From a bacterium (lineage in GTDB: Bacteria > Bdellovibrionota_C > UBA2361 > OMII01), in the NCBI GenBank assembly GCA_017853605.1, contig JAFMJG010000001.1, forward strand, positions 1 through 55,906: a stretch of DNA of 55,906 bases, written 5' to 3'. Numbering within the stretch: position 1 is the first letter of the stretch; every line of letters starts with the position of its first letter. Under the pieces are notes generated by a model. The model did no database searches. It saw only the letters and a list, made by a program, of their open reading frames with translations, and was not told where the DNA came from. Shown here in pieces: positions 43,381 to 50,790 of this stretch. A program made the translations under genes and the position numbers.

Positions 43381-44643
43381 ATGGATTCCTCGTATCGTCG
43401 CCCAAAACTTCGCTGGCCCCTCGACATCCGGATGCACGGCGGAGCGGGCGGCCCTGCAGCGCTCGTCATTCAGTGCCCGATCGGCGTCTCGGAAAAGCCC
43501 CTCTTTCTGGCGCCCGCCGTTGCGCCGCTAGTCTCGCTGTTGGACGGCTCGGTCACTCGGGAGGAGATCATTGAGCGTTTTGCGCCTCAGGGGCTCACTG
43601 AGGCGATTCTCGGCGAGCTTGTGGAGCTCCTCGACTCCCACCTCTTTCTGGCCAACACGCGCTTCTTTGCGGCGGAACGTGAGTCACGTGAGTCGTTTGA
43701 GGAGGCGTCCGTGCGGCGAGCAGCGCTCGCGGGGCGCTCGTATCCGCCCGAGCCAGCCAAGCTCGCCAGCATGGTGCGGGGGCTGATGGCAACAGGTCCG
43801 GGGCAGGATCCCAGCGCTATCCGAGGAGAGCCGCTGTGCCTGGTTGCTCCCCATATCGACTACGGGCGGGGCGGGAGGTGCTACGGGGTTACGTACCCGC
43901 ATCTGGCGGGCTCAAGCGCCAGCCTTTTTGTGCTTATCGGAACGGCGCACCAGTACAGTGAACAGCTCTTTCACCTGTGTTCCAAAGACTTTGAGACTCC
44001 CATGGGAGTGGCGCGGTGCGACACCGAGTTTGTTGCCAAGCTCGCCAGCCGCTACGGCGTTGCGCGATCCTTCGCTGGGCAGTTCCTGCACAAGCGGGAG
44101 CACTCGCTTGAGCTTCAGCTCCCTTTTCTTGGAGCCACCAGGCCAGGGGTTTCGATCGTTCCCGTCCTGGTGGGGAGCATGCACAGCATGGTGGCGAGGC
44201 AACGAGCCCCGCGCGACTACGATGTCTACGAGTCATTTGTCGCTGCGCTGGCAGAGTGTATTCGTGAGCACGAGGGCGCTGGCGGCCGAGTGTGCATTAT
44301 CGCCGGGGTAGATATGGCGCACGTGGGAAGGAGCTTTGGGGACACAGAGTCCTTGACGCCGGAGCGCATGGAGGTCGTGGCGCAACGCGATCAGGAGTAC
44401 CTGGGCGCTATTGCGCGCGGCGACGCGGGCCGGCTCTTCGCCCATATCTGCGAGGATGGCGATGCCCGGCGAATCTGCGGCTTTCCAACGATGCACACCG
44501 TGCTAGACCTCTTTGCGCGTCTTGGGCGCCGAACCTCAACGGAGCTCATATCGTACGACCAGGCGGTGGACTATCCAGGGGAGTGCGCCGTTACCTTTGC
44601 GGGCATGGTCGTGCGCGCCCCGGCCCACGCCACCGGTGGCTAG
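43381..44643 (+). CDS. Memo-family (AmmeMemoRadiSam protein B-like) enzyme with N-terminal PqqD/RRE-like domain
   Basis: Memo blocks 'AGRSYPPEPAKL', 'LVAPHIDYGRGGRCYG', 'VLIGTAHQ', 'EHSLELQLPFL', 'IVPVLVG', 'IAGVDMAHVG', 'ICGFPTMHTVL'. The first ~95 aa ('RRPKLRWPLDIR...ALVIQCPIGVSEKPLFLAPAVAPLVSLLDGSVTREEIIERF...ILGELVELLDSHLFL') follow the PqqD pattern. Confidence 0.75.
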   Translation: MDSSYRRPKLRWPLDIRMHGGAGGPAALVIQCPIGVSEKPLFLAPAVAPLVSLLDGSVTREEIIERFAPQGLTEAILGELVELLDSHLFLANTRFFAAERESRESFEEASVRRAALAGRSYPPEPAKLASMVRGLMATGPGQDPSAIRGEPLCLVAPHIDYGRGGRCYGVTYPHLAGSSASLFVLIGTAHQYSEQLFHLCSKDFETPMGVARCDTEFVAKLASRYGVARSFAGQFLHKREHSLELQLPFLGATRPGVSIVPVLVGSMHSMVARQRAPRDYDVYESFVAALAECIREHEGAGGRVCIIAGVDMAHVGRSFGDTESLTPERMEVVAQRDQEYLGAIARGDAGRLFAHICEDGDARRICGFPTMHTVLDLFARLGRRTSTELISYDQAVDYPGECAVTFAGMVVRAPAHATGG

Positions 44644-44833
44644 GGGGATAAGGTACGAAATACCCCTAGGCTGAGGGCCTGCGGCGGCAGCTGGTATCGG
44701 CAGAGGGCCAAATAAGGGAAGCGCCAACAGTGACTTAACAATTTTTTTGGCGCTTTGCTCCTGCGGCAGAAGCACTTCCTTTCGGGCGGCGGACAAGGGG
44801 GTATAGGTTGTAGAGCTTTTAGAAGGTGCTCAG

Positions 44834-45154
44834 ATGGAAGAGAAAACATCACCGAACTTCTTTGACAAGGTAAACTGCGAAGTGAAGTTTGGCGACGTCG
44901 AGATCGGGTCGACGTATCCGCTCTACGGCATGATTACCAAGATCGTCGATGATACCCCAGGACACGTGGTGGTTGAGATTAACTTCTCGATTAAGGCCAA
45001 CATGACGATCCCTGACCCAGAGAAAATTGAGCTCCTCAAGGAGCGGGCATTTGAGCCGGGCATCTTCGTCTCGAAGGTCACTGCCAAAGATCCGAAGGTC
45101 GAGGTCGACTGCAGCACGGTCGTATTCGGCAAGCGCCAGGGCTTCAGCGCCTAG
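44834..45154 (+). CDS. Hypothetical small protein (106 aa)
   Basis: GAAGGTG Shine-Dalgarno 6 nt upstream of the ATG. Clean protein-like composition. A strong intrinsic terminator lies 30 nt after the stop. GC is visibly lower than in neighbouring genes. Confidence 0.6.
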   Translation: MEEKTSPNFFDKVNCEVKFGDVEIGSTYPLYGMITKIVDDTPGHVVVEINFSIKANMTIPDPEKIELLKERAFEPGIFVSKVTAKDPKVEVDCSTVVFGKRQGFSA

Positions 45155-45184
45155 CGCGCAACTTTAAGATTTCGTCCTCTCTTC

Positions 45185-45229
45185 AGGGGCCGCCGGGAAG
45201 GTGATTCTCGGCGGCCCCTCAATTTTTTT
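45185..45229 (+). terminator. Rho-independent terminator
   Basis: 11-bp GC-rich stem AGGGGCCGCCG / CGGCGGCCCCT with a 13-nt loop, followed by CAA and T7 (45223-45229). It lies 30 nt after the stop of ORF 44834..45154. Confidence 0.75.
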
Positions 45230-45301
45230 GGGGTTTGGCCGGGGCGGTAGCCAGGTTGACGGCAGCCAGCGCTCCCCGTAGTCTGGCGTGGTGCGCGCCC
45301 C

Positions 45302-45991
45302 GTGCCGGGGCTCGGCAAACGGTTTCCAATCGTGAAAGACGTAAAGACAGAGCGGCCCAAGTTTATAGAGGAGGTTGTCTCCTTCTTTAAGACCCTCGTC
45401 GTCATCCTCGTTCTCGCCTTCTCGCTCCGCACCTGCGTCGTTGAGCCCTTCAAGATACCGTCGGGCTCGATGAAGCCTACGCTCCAAGTGGGCGACTACA
45501 TCCTGGTGCTCAAGTTCTGGTACGGCCTGAGGCTCCCCTTCATGACCGACACGGCGGTTGAGTGGAACACCCCCAGGCGGGGCGATGTCGTTGTCTTTAC
45601 CCGTCCCGATGATCCAAGGACGCCCAACGAGGACGACTCGGCGATCCACATCATCAAGCGGGTCGTTGGGCTGCCGGGTGACACGGTTGAGGTTCGCTCA
45701 GGTGAGCTCCTAGCCGGAGTCTCAGGGCCAACAGGGGTCGTTCTTGTCAACGGCCAGCCGATTGAGGAGCCTTATGCGCGCTGGGTTGAGGGGGGGAGCC
45801 CGGAGGGGCAGTTTGGGCCGAAGACGGTTCCGCCGGGGCACGTCTTGCTGCTCGGCGACAACCGGGACCAGTCAAAAGACTCCCGTTTCTGGACCGAGCC
45901 TTTTCTCGATATTCGGCGCATCAAGGGCAAGGCGGTCGTGATCTTCTGGTCTTGGGATCACTTTAAGCGGATCGGAACCGTTATTCGATGA
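45302..45991 (+). CDS. lepB: Signal peptidase I (copy 1)
   Basis: 'FKIPSGSMKPTL' (catalytic Ser). 'IIKRVVGLPGD' (catalytic Lys). 'LLGDNRDQSKDSRFW'. GTG start. Confidence 0.85.
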   Translation: MPGLGKRFPIVKDVKTERPKFIEEVVSFFKTLVVILVLAFSLRTCVVEPFKIPSGSMKPTLQVGDYILVLKFWYGLRLPFMTDTAVEWNTPRRGDVVVFTRPDDPRTPNEDDSAIHIIKRVVGLPGDTVEVRSGELLAGVSGPTGVVLVNGQPIEEPYARWVEGGSPEGQFGPKTVPPGHVLLLGDNRDQSKDSRFWTEPFLDIRRIKGKAVVIFWSWDHFKRIGTVIR

Positions 45992-46884
45992 TCACCCCCT
46001 CCTGGCGCGCAGCACCAAGCGGGATCGTCCTCAAGGCAAGCGGCAGGGATGCGCGCCGCTACCTCAACAGCAGGCTCTCAAACGATCTCCGTTCGCTTCA
46101 GCCAGGCCAGTCAGCACAGGCTGCCGCGCTCACGGCCCAGGGAAGGGTGGAGGGCCTCTTTACAGTGTTTGCGCTTCCAGGTGACACCTTTCTTCTGGCG
46201 TGTGAGGGGGGCGATCGCGCCGAGGTGCTCGCTGCCGTGCGGCGCTTCATCGTGGCTGATCGCGTCACTATTGAGGACATCTCTGATTTGGCCGCTTTTG
46301 TGCACGTTGCTGACTCGCCAGAGCGAGTCATGCCGCTCGTTGCGGGGATCGGCGAAGGCGGCCCTCTTGTGGCTGCGAACCCCCGCATATCAGCCGCAGG
46401 GAGCGACTGCATTATTCTGGGCGCCGATCGCGCTGCTGTTGAGCCGCAGCTGCGGGAGCGGCTCGGCGCGCCCCTGGGAGACGGCCAGTACCTGCTCCTT
46501 CGCATTCAGCGCGGCACGCCATCGTTTCCCGAGGAGGCAAACGGCGACCTTATCGTGACCGAGAGCGGCCTGTATGACGCGGTGTCTTTCTCAAAGGGCT
46601 GCTACGTGGGCCAGGAGGTCATTGAGCGCAGCGACGCGATCGGAAAGCTTCCGCGCGCTCTCGAGCGGATTCGGCTGGATGGCGAAGTTTCGGTGCCGTC
46701 GGGCGAGCGTATCATGAAGGGTGCCGGCGAGACGATCGGCAAGGCACTATCAGCAGCTGTCGACCAGCAGCGGAAGGAGACCTTTGTGTTTGCGCTCCTG
46801 CGCAGCGGCACATATGGTACTGGAGACTCAGTGACGTGCGCCGGCGTGGTGGGGGAGATCCTTCCTCGCCCCGTTGGGCGCTAG
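45988..46884 (+). CDS. ygfZ: YgfZ/GcvT-like folate-binding protein
   Basis: 'RRYLNSRLSNDL', 'AALTAQGRV' and the YgfZ signature 'FSKGCYVGQE'. The start overlaps the lepB stop (ATGA). Confidence 0.75.
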   Translation: MITPSWRAAPSGIVLKASGRDARRYLNSRLSNDLRSLQPGQSAQAAALTAQGRVEGLFTVFALPGDTFLLACEGGDRAEVLAAVRRFIVADRVTIEDISDLAAFVHVADSPERVMPLVAGIGEGGPLVAANPRISAAGSDCIILGADRAAVEPQLRERLGAPLGDGQYLLLRIQRGTPSFPEEANGDLIVTESGLYDAVSFSKGCYVGQEVIERSDAIGKLPRALERIRLDGEVSVPSGERIMKGAGETIGKALSAAVDQQRKETFVFALLRSGTYGTGDSVTCAGVVGEILPRPVGR

Positions 46885-46902
46885 GATGGGGAAGGGAGCA
46901 GG

Positions 46903-47580
46903 ATGGACACGACACAGGTGATCGATTTTCTCGTTCAGAGCCAGGCGCTCAAGTTTGGCGAGTTTCTCCTTAAGTCAGGACGAAAGGCGCCGTACTTTAT
47001 CAACACTGGGTGCTTCGACACAGGCGACAAGATCTCGCGCCTCGGCCGCTTCTATGCAGAGAAGCTCCACTCTCTCGGCCTTCACAGGGCCGATGCTGTA
47101 TTTGGGCCAGCCTACAAGGGAATTCCGCTCTGCGTCGCGGCTGCGATGAGCCTCCAGCAGCACTACGGGGTAGATATCGGCTTTAGCTTCAACCGCAAGG
47201 AGGCAAAGACCAGGGGCGAGGGGGGAGAGTTCGTCGGCAAGCCACTGTCACGGGGAATGAAGGTAGTGCTCGTTGAGGATGTCGTGACGGCGGGAACGAC
47301 GCTCCAGGAGGTGGTGCCGGTCTTGCGCGATCGTGTTGGAGTCGAGGTGGCAGGCGTCGTTATCCTCGTCGATCGCTCAGAGAAGGGAGCCGGCTCTATC
47401 TCGGCTGTCCAGCAAGCAGAGCGTGACCTCGGGATACGGGTTCACCCGATTGTGACGATCTTTGATATCATCTCGTATCTCTCCCGGCCCAACTCATCCG
47501 GCTTTCAGATCGATGCCCCCCTTCGCTCTCGTATCGATGAGTATCGCGCTGAGTTTGGCGCCCCATCGCTGGAGGCGTAA
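46903..47580 (+). CDS. pyrE: Orotate phosphoribosyltransferase
   Basis: 'ALKFGEFLLKSGRKAPYFIN'. PRPP loop 'VVLVEDVVTAGTTL'. Confidence 0.9.
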   Translation: MDTTQVIDFLVQSQALKFGEFLLKSGRKAPYFINTGCFDTGDKISRLGRFYAEKLHSLGLHRADAVFGPAYKGIPLCVAAAMSLQQHYGVDIGFSFNRKEAKTRGEGGEFVGKPLSRGMKVVLVEDVVTAGTTLQEVVPVLRDRVGVEVAGVVILVDRSEKGAGSISAVQQAERDLGIRVHPIVTIFDIISYLSRPNSSGFQIDAPLRSRIDEYRAEFGAPSLEA

Positions 47581-47584
47581 GGAG

Positions 47585-48046
47585 ATGCGCACAGCAGCAG
47601 CTGTTCTCGTCGTGAGCCTCTGGTGCCTCCCGGCCTCTGCCCAGCAGGGCAGCGAGGCGCTAGACCGGCAGTCGTACGAGATGTATCAGCAGGTCTTTAG
47701 CCCCTTCTGCCCGGGACGCTCCCTCAACGACTGCCCATCCTCAAAGGCGCAGGACCTCAAGCGAGAGATGCGCGCAAAACTCGAGGCAGGCGTCCCGCAG
47801 GATGAGATTCTTAGCGAGGTCTTTGCCCGTTTCGGCGACAAGTACCGCACGGTTCCCCTCTTTGAGGGGATCGGAAAAATGGTGTGGATCGCCCCGATCG
47901 CCTTCGCATTGATTGGGCTGGCGATCGCCGGCGGTGTCGTTTTAAGGCGCAAAAAGGGCTCTCCTGCACCGGATAGCCCTTCTGGGACCGCTATCCCTGA
48001 GGAGCTCCAGCGCCGCATCGACGAAGAGCTCGCTAAACTTGATTAG
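47585..48046 (+). CDS. CcmH/NrfF-family-like cytochrome c maturation protein (atypical Cys spacing)
   Basis: The ATG at 47585 gives the signal peptide 'MRTAAAVLVVSLWCLPASAQ'. 'FCPGRSLNDCPSSKAQDLKREMRAKLEAGVPQDEILSEVFARFGDKY' parallels CcmH 'RCPVCQNQSIADSNA..A.DLR......GKS..EI...V.RYGD'. A C-terminal TM follows. Confidence 0.55.
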   Translation: MRTAAAVLVVSLWCLPASAQQGSEALDRQSYEMYQQVFSPFCPGRSLNDCPSSKAQDLKREMRAKLEAGVPQDEILSEVFARFGDKYRTVPLFEGIGKMVWIAPIAFALIGLAIAGGVVLRRKKGSPAPDSPSGTAIPEELQRRIDEELAKLD

Positions 48047-48120
48047 CGCCTGACAGGAGCGCACCATGGCTGTCTGATAGCGACCGGCCCAAATCGTGCC
48101 GGTTCCGTCGGAGAAACCCC

Positions 48121-48792
48121 ATGACTGCCGCTAGCCTGAGCAGTGGGTTTTACGCCGGTTCTACCAAGGTTTCTAAAGAGGATCTGCTCAAACATAAAGC
48201 TCGCTCCCGCCACAAGCGCAATCGCCGCGCGAAGAGGCTCTTTGTCCTCATCGCGAAGGTCGCGGTGGCTATTCTCGCGCTCGCCTTGCTGGTTCGCAGC
48301 ACCGTGGTTGAGGCATTTTACGTGCCGTCGAGCTCGATGGCGCCGACCCTGGGCGTCCAGGACCGAATCCTCGTTGAGAAGGCCCGTTACGGGCTGCGGG
48401 TGCCGTTCCTCGCTGCTGCGCTGGTCTCGTGGGCTGAGCCCAAGCGGGGGGAGATCGTTGTCTTCAGGCGCCCTGACGCCCCGGGAACTCTGGAAGACGA
48501 AAGCGAGAGCACCCTCGTTAAGCGGGTGATCGGAGTCGGGGGTGACATCATCCAGCTTGACGGTGCGCGAGTGATCGTAAATGGCGAGCTGCTTGAGGAG
48601 CCCTATGCCGCATGGGATGGGGCCGAGCACATATCCCCGATGACCTTCCTGGTGCCCAAAGGGGCACTTCTGGTGCTGGGAGACAACCGCGCAAACTCCT
48701 TTGATTCCCGCTTCTGGGAGAACCCTTTCGTCCCCTCGGATCAAGTGATTGGAAAGGCTGCCCTCGTCTACTGGCGGGGTGCGCGTGATTGA
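48121..48792 (+). CDS. lepB: Signal peptidase I (copy 2)
   Basis: 'FYVPSSSMAPTL', 'LVKRVIGVGGD', 'VLGDNRANSFDSRFW'. N-terminal TM 'LFVLIAKVAVAILALALLV'. Confidence 0.85.
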   Translation: MTAASLSSGFYAGSTKVSKEDLLKHKARSRHKRNRRAKRLFVLIAKVAVAILALALLVRSTVVEAFYVPSSSMAPTLGVQDRILVEKARYGLRVPFLAAALVSWAEPKRGEIVVFRRPDAPGTLEDESESTLVKRVIGVGGDIIQLDGARVIVNGELLEEPYAAWDGAEHISPMTFLVPKGALLVLGDNRANSFDSRFWENPFVPSDQVIGKAALVYWRGARD

Positions 48793-48828
48793 CAGCGATA
48801 GCGCGGCTTCCTAACATCATCCGCAGCT

Positions 48829-49713
48829 ATGAAATCGTCGTCTCAGGCAAAAGATGGAAGAGTGTCGGCCTACTTGAGCCTGACAAAGCCTCGTATTCTC
48901 ACGATGGTGCTCGTCATGAGTGCGGCTGGATTCTTTCTCGGCGCAGGGGGAACCCTCTACCCGCTCGACACCTTCATCATCATGCTGCTCGGCACGGCAT
49001 TAAGCTCGGGGGGTGCAGCAGTGCTCAACCACTACCTCGAGCGCGACTGCGACGAGCTCATGCACCGCACGCGGAACCGCCCGATTCCAGCTGGCAAGGT
49101 GACGCCTGAGGAGGCGCTCTCGTTCGGGCTGCAGCTGGTTCTCATGGGGGTGGTGCTGCTCGCATGGCAGGTAAACCTCCTGACGGCGTTCCTCTCGCTC
49201 CTTACCGTGTTTCTGTACGTGCTTGTCTACACCCCCCTTAAGAGAGTCACCTGGTGGAACACGGCCATCGGGGCCATTCCAGGGGCGCTGCCCCCAGTTG
49301 GCGGCTGGACAGCCGCGACCGGCGAGCTCGACTTCGGGGCCTGGGCCGTTTTTCTGATCCTCTTTGTGTGGCAGCACCCACACTTCTACGCTATCGCGTG
49401 GATGTTTAGGGAGGACTATGAGCGGGGAGGCTTTAAGATGCTTCCGGTAGTTCACCCCGATGGGCGCAGCACCTTCAACCAGGTAATAGGCTTCTCAATT
49501 ATCCTCATACCGATCTCGCTCCTCCCGGTGCTGACCGGGATGGCCGGGCCCCTCTACGGATGGGGCATGACCGTGCTCGGTCTCGCCATGCTGGCGGTGG
49601 GGATTAAGTTTGCGCGAACCCGCTCAGTGCAGGACGCGCGGCTCCTGCTCAAAGCCTCGGTAATTTACCTGCCGCTCTTCTTCATCCTCATTCTTGGCGA
49701 TCGCGGCCTGTAG
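48829..49713 (+). CDS. ctaB: Protoheme IX farnesyltransferase (heme O synthase)
   Basis: UbiA-family motif 'NHYLERDCDELMHRTRNRPIPAG'. 'YTPLKRVTWWNTAIGAIPGALPPVGGW'. 'WQHPHFYAIAW'. Confidence 0.9.
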   Translation: MKSSSQAKDGRVSAYLSLTKPRILTMVLVMSAAGFFLGAGGTLYPLDTFIIMLLGTALSSGGAAVLNHYLERDCDELMHRTRNRPIPAGKVTPEEALSFGLQLVLMGVVLLAWQVNLLTAFLSLLTVFLYVLVYTPLKRVTWWNTAIGAIPGALPPVGGWTAATGELDFGAWAVFLILFVWQHPHFYAIAWMFREDYERGGFKMLPVVHPDGRSTFNQVIGFSIILIPISLLPVLTGMAGPLYGWGMTVLGLAMLAVGIKFARTRSVQDARLLLKASVIYLPLFFILILGDRGL

Positions 49714-49781
49714 CCGGCCATTTGCTCGCAGCGTCTTGGGGGCTTTCATGGTGTCGTGCCGCTCTGGACAGGTATGCGGGC

Positions 49782-50759
49782 CTAGAACTCGCTTCGAATG
49801 GGCCTCGCCATGAGCGCTGCCGCGAGATCCGGCGCCGCGATCTCCCCGCTGAGGAGCTTTACGATGTGGTCAGTGATGGGCGCCTCTACGCCAGCCTTTA
49901 AGGCGAGCTGCTGCACCAGAGGGGCGGTTGATACCCCCTCGGCCACTGAGCCGAGCGACGCGGTTATGTCGGCTACCTTTTCGCCCTTCCCGAGCCGCAG
50001 GCCAACGGTGCGGTTGCGGCTCTGGTTTTCGGTTGCTGTCATGACCAGGTCCCCTAGTCCCGAGAGGCCGGAGAGGGTGCGGGCATCAGCCCCGAGGGCC
50101 GTTGCAATGCGGGACATCTCGGCCAGCCCGCGGGCGATCAGGGCGGCTCGAGCGGACGGCCCATAGTTTAGGGCATCTGAGACGCCGGCGGCGATTGCGA
50201 CCACGTTCTTTAGGATGCCCCCTAGCTCAACACCCGTGGGGTCAATTGACGTGTAGACGCGCAGCGAGTTTCCGGAGAGCGCCTCTGCCACGAGCATCGC
50301 GGTTTCCTGGGATGCAGAGCCTGCAACGATTGAGATCGGGCGCTCAGCAACAAGATCCGAGGCGAAGCTCGGCCCCGAGATGACCGCCAGCGACTCTGCC
50401 TGGTAAGAGAGGGCCTCACGGGCGTACTGCAGCGGGGTGCCCCCGGTTGAGGGCTCAAGCCCCTTGGTCGCGCTGACGAGAATCCTGGCGCGGACCTTTG
50501 GCAGCACCTCTGCCCACGCCGCAGCAGGCAGGGCCACGATCGTGAGGTCTGCGTCCGCTAGCGCCGAAAGGTCCGAGGTCACCGCAAGGTTGCCCGGGAT
50601 CGGTGCGGAGATAGTGCCGCGCTGGAAGGAGCGGGTTGAGAGGAGCTTGGCCGCCTCCCCCTGGTTGTGGTGCCATCCTGTCACCGAGAAGCCCCTGCGA
50701 AGGGAGTGGAGGGCGAGGGCAAAACCCCACGCCCCAAGGCCGACTACAGCGACGCGCAT
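49782..50759 (-). CDS. gpsA: NAD(P)H-dependent glycerol-3-phosphate dehydrogenase
   Basis: The ATG at 50759 gives 'MRVAVVGLGAWGFALA' (GxGxxG). 'ISGPSFASDL'. 'GILKNVVAIAAG'. The track ORF extends further upstream into the gyrA 3' end, which is unlikely. Confidence 0.9.
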   Translation of the reverse strand: MRVAVVGLGAWGFALALHSLRRGFSVTGWHHNQGEAAKLLSTRSFQRGTISAPIPGNLAVTSDLSALADADLTIVALPAAAWAEVLPKVRARILVSATKGLEPSTGGTPLQYAREALSYQAESLAVISGPSFASDLVAERPISIVAGSASQETAMLVAEALSGNSLRVYTSIDPTGVELGGILKNVVAIAAGVSDALNYGPSARAALIARGLAEMSRIATALGADARTLSGLSGLGDLVMTATENQSRNRTVGLRLGKGEKVADITASLGSVAEGVSTAPLVQQLALKAGVEAPITDHIVKLLSGEIAAPDLAAALMARPIRSEF

Positions 50760-50790
50760 GCTGGCGGCGTTCTTGAGCACGGGGATAGCC

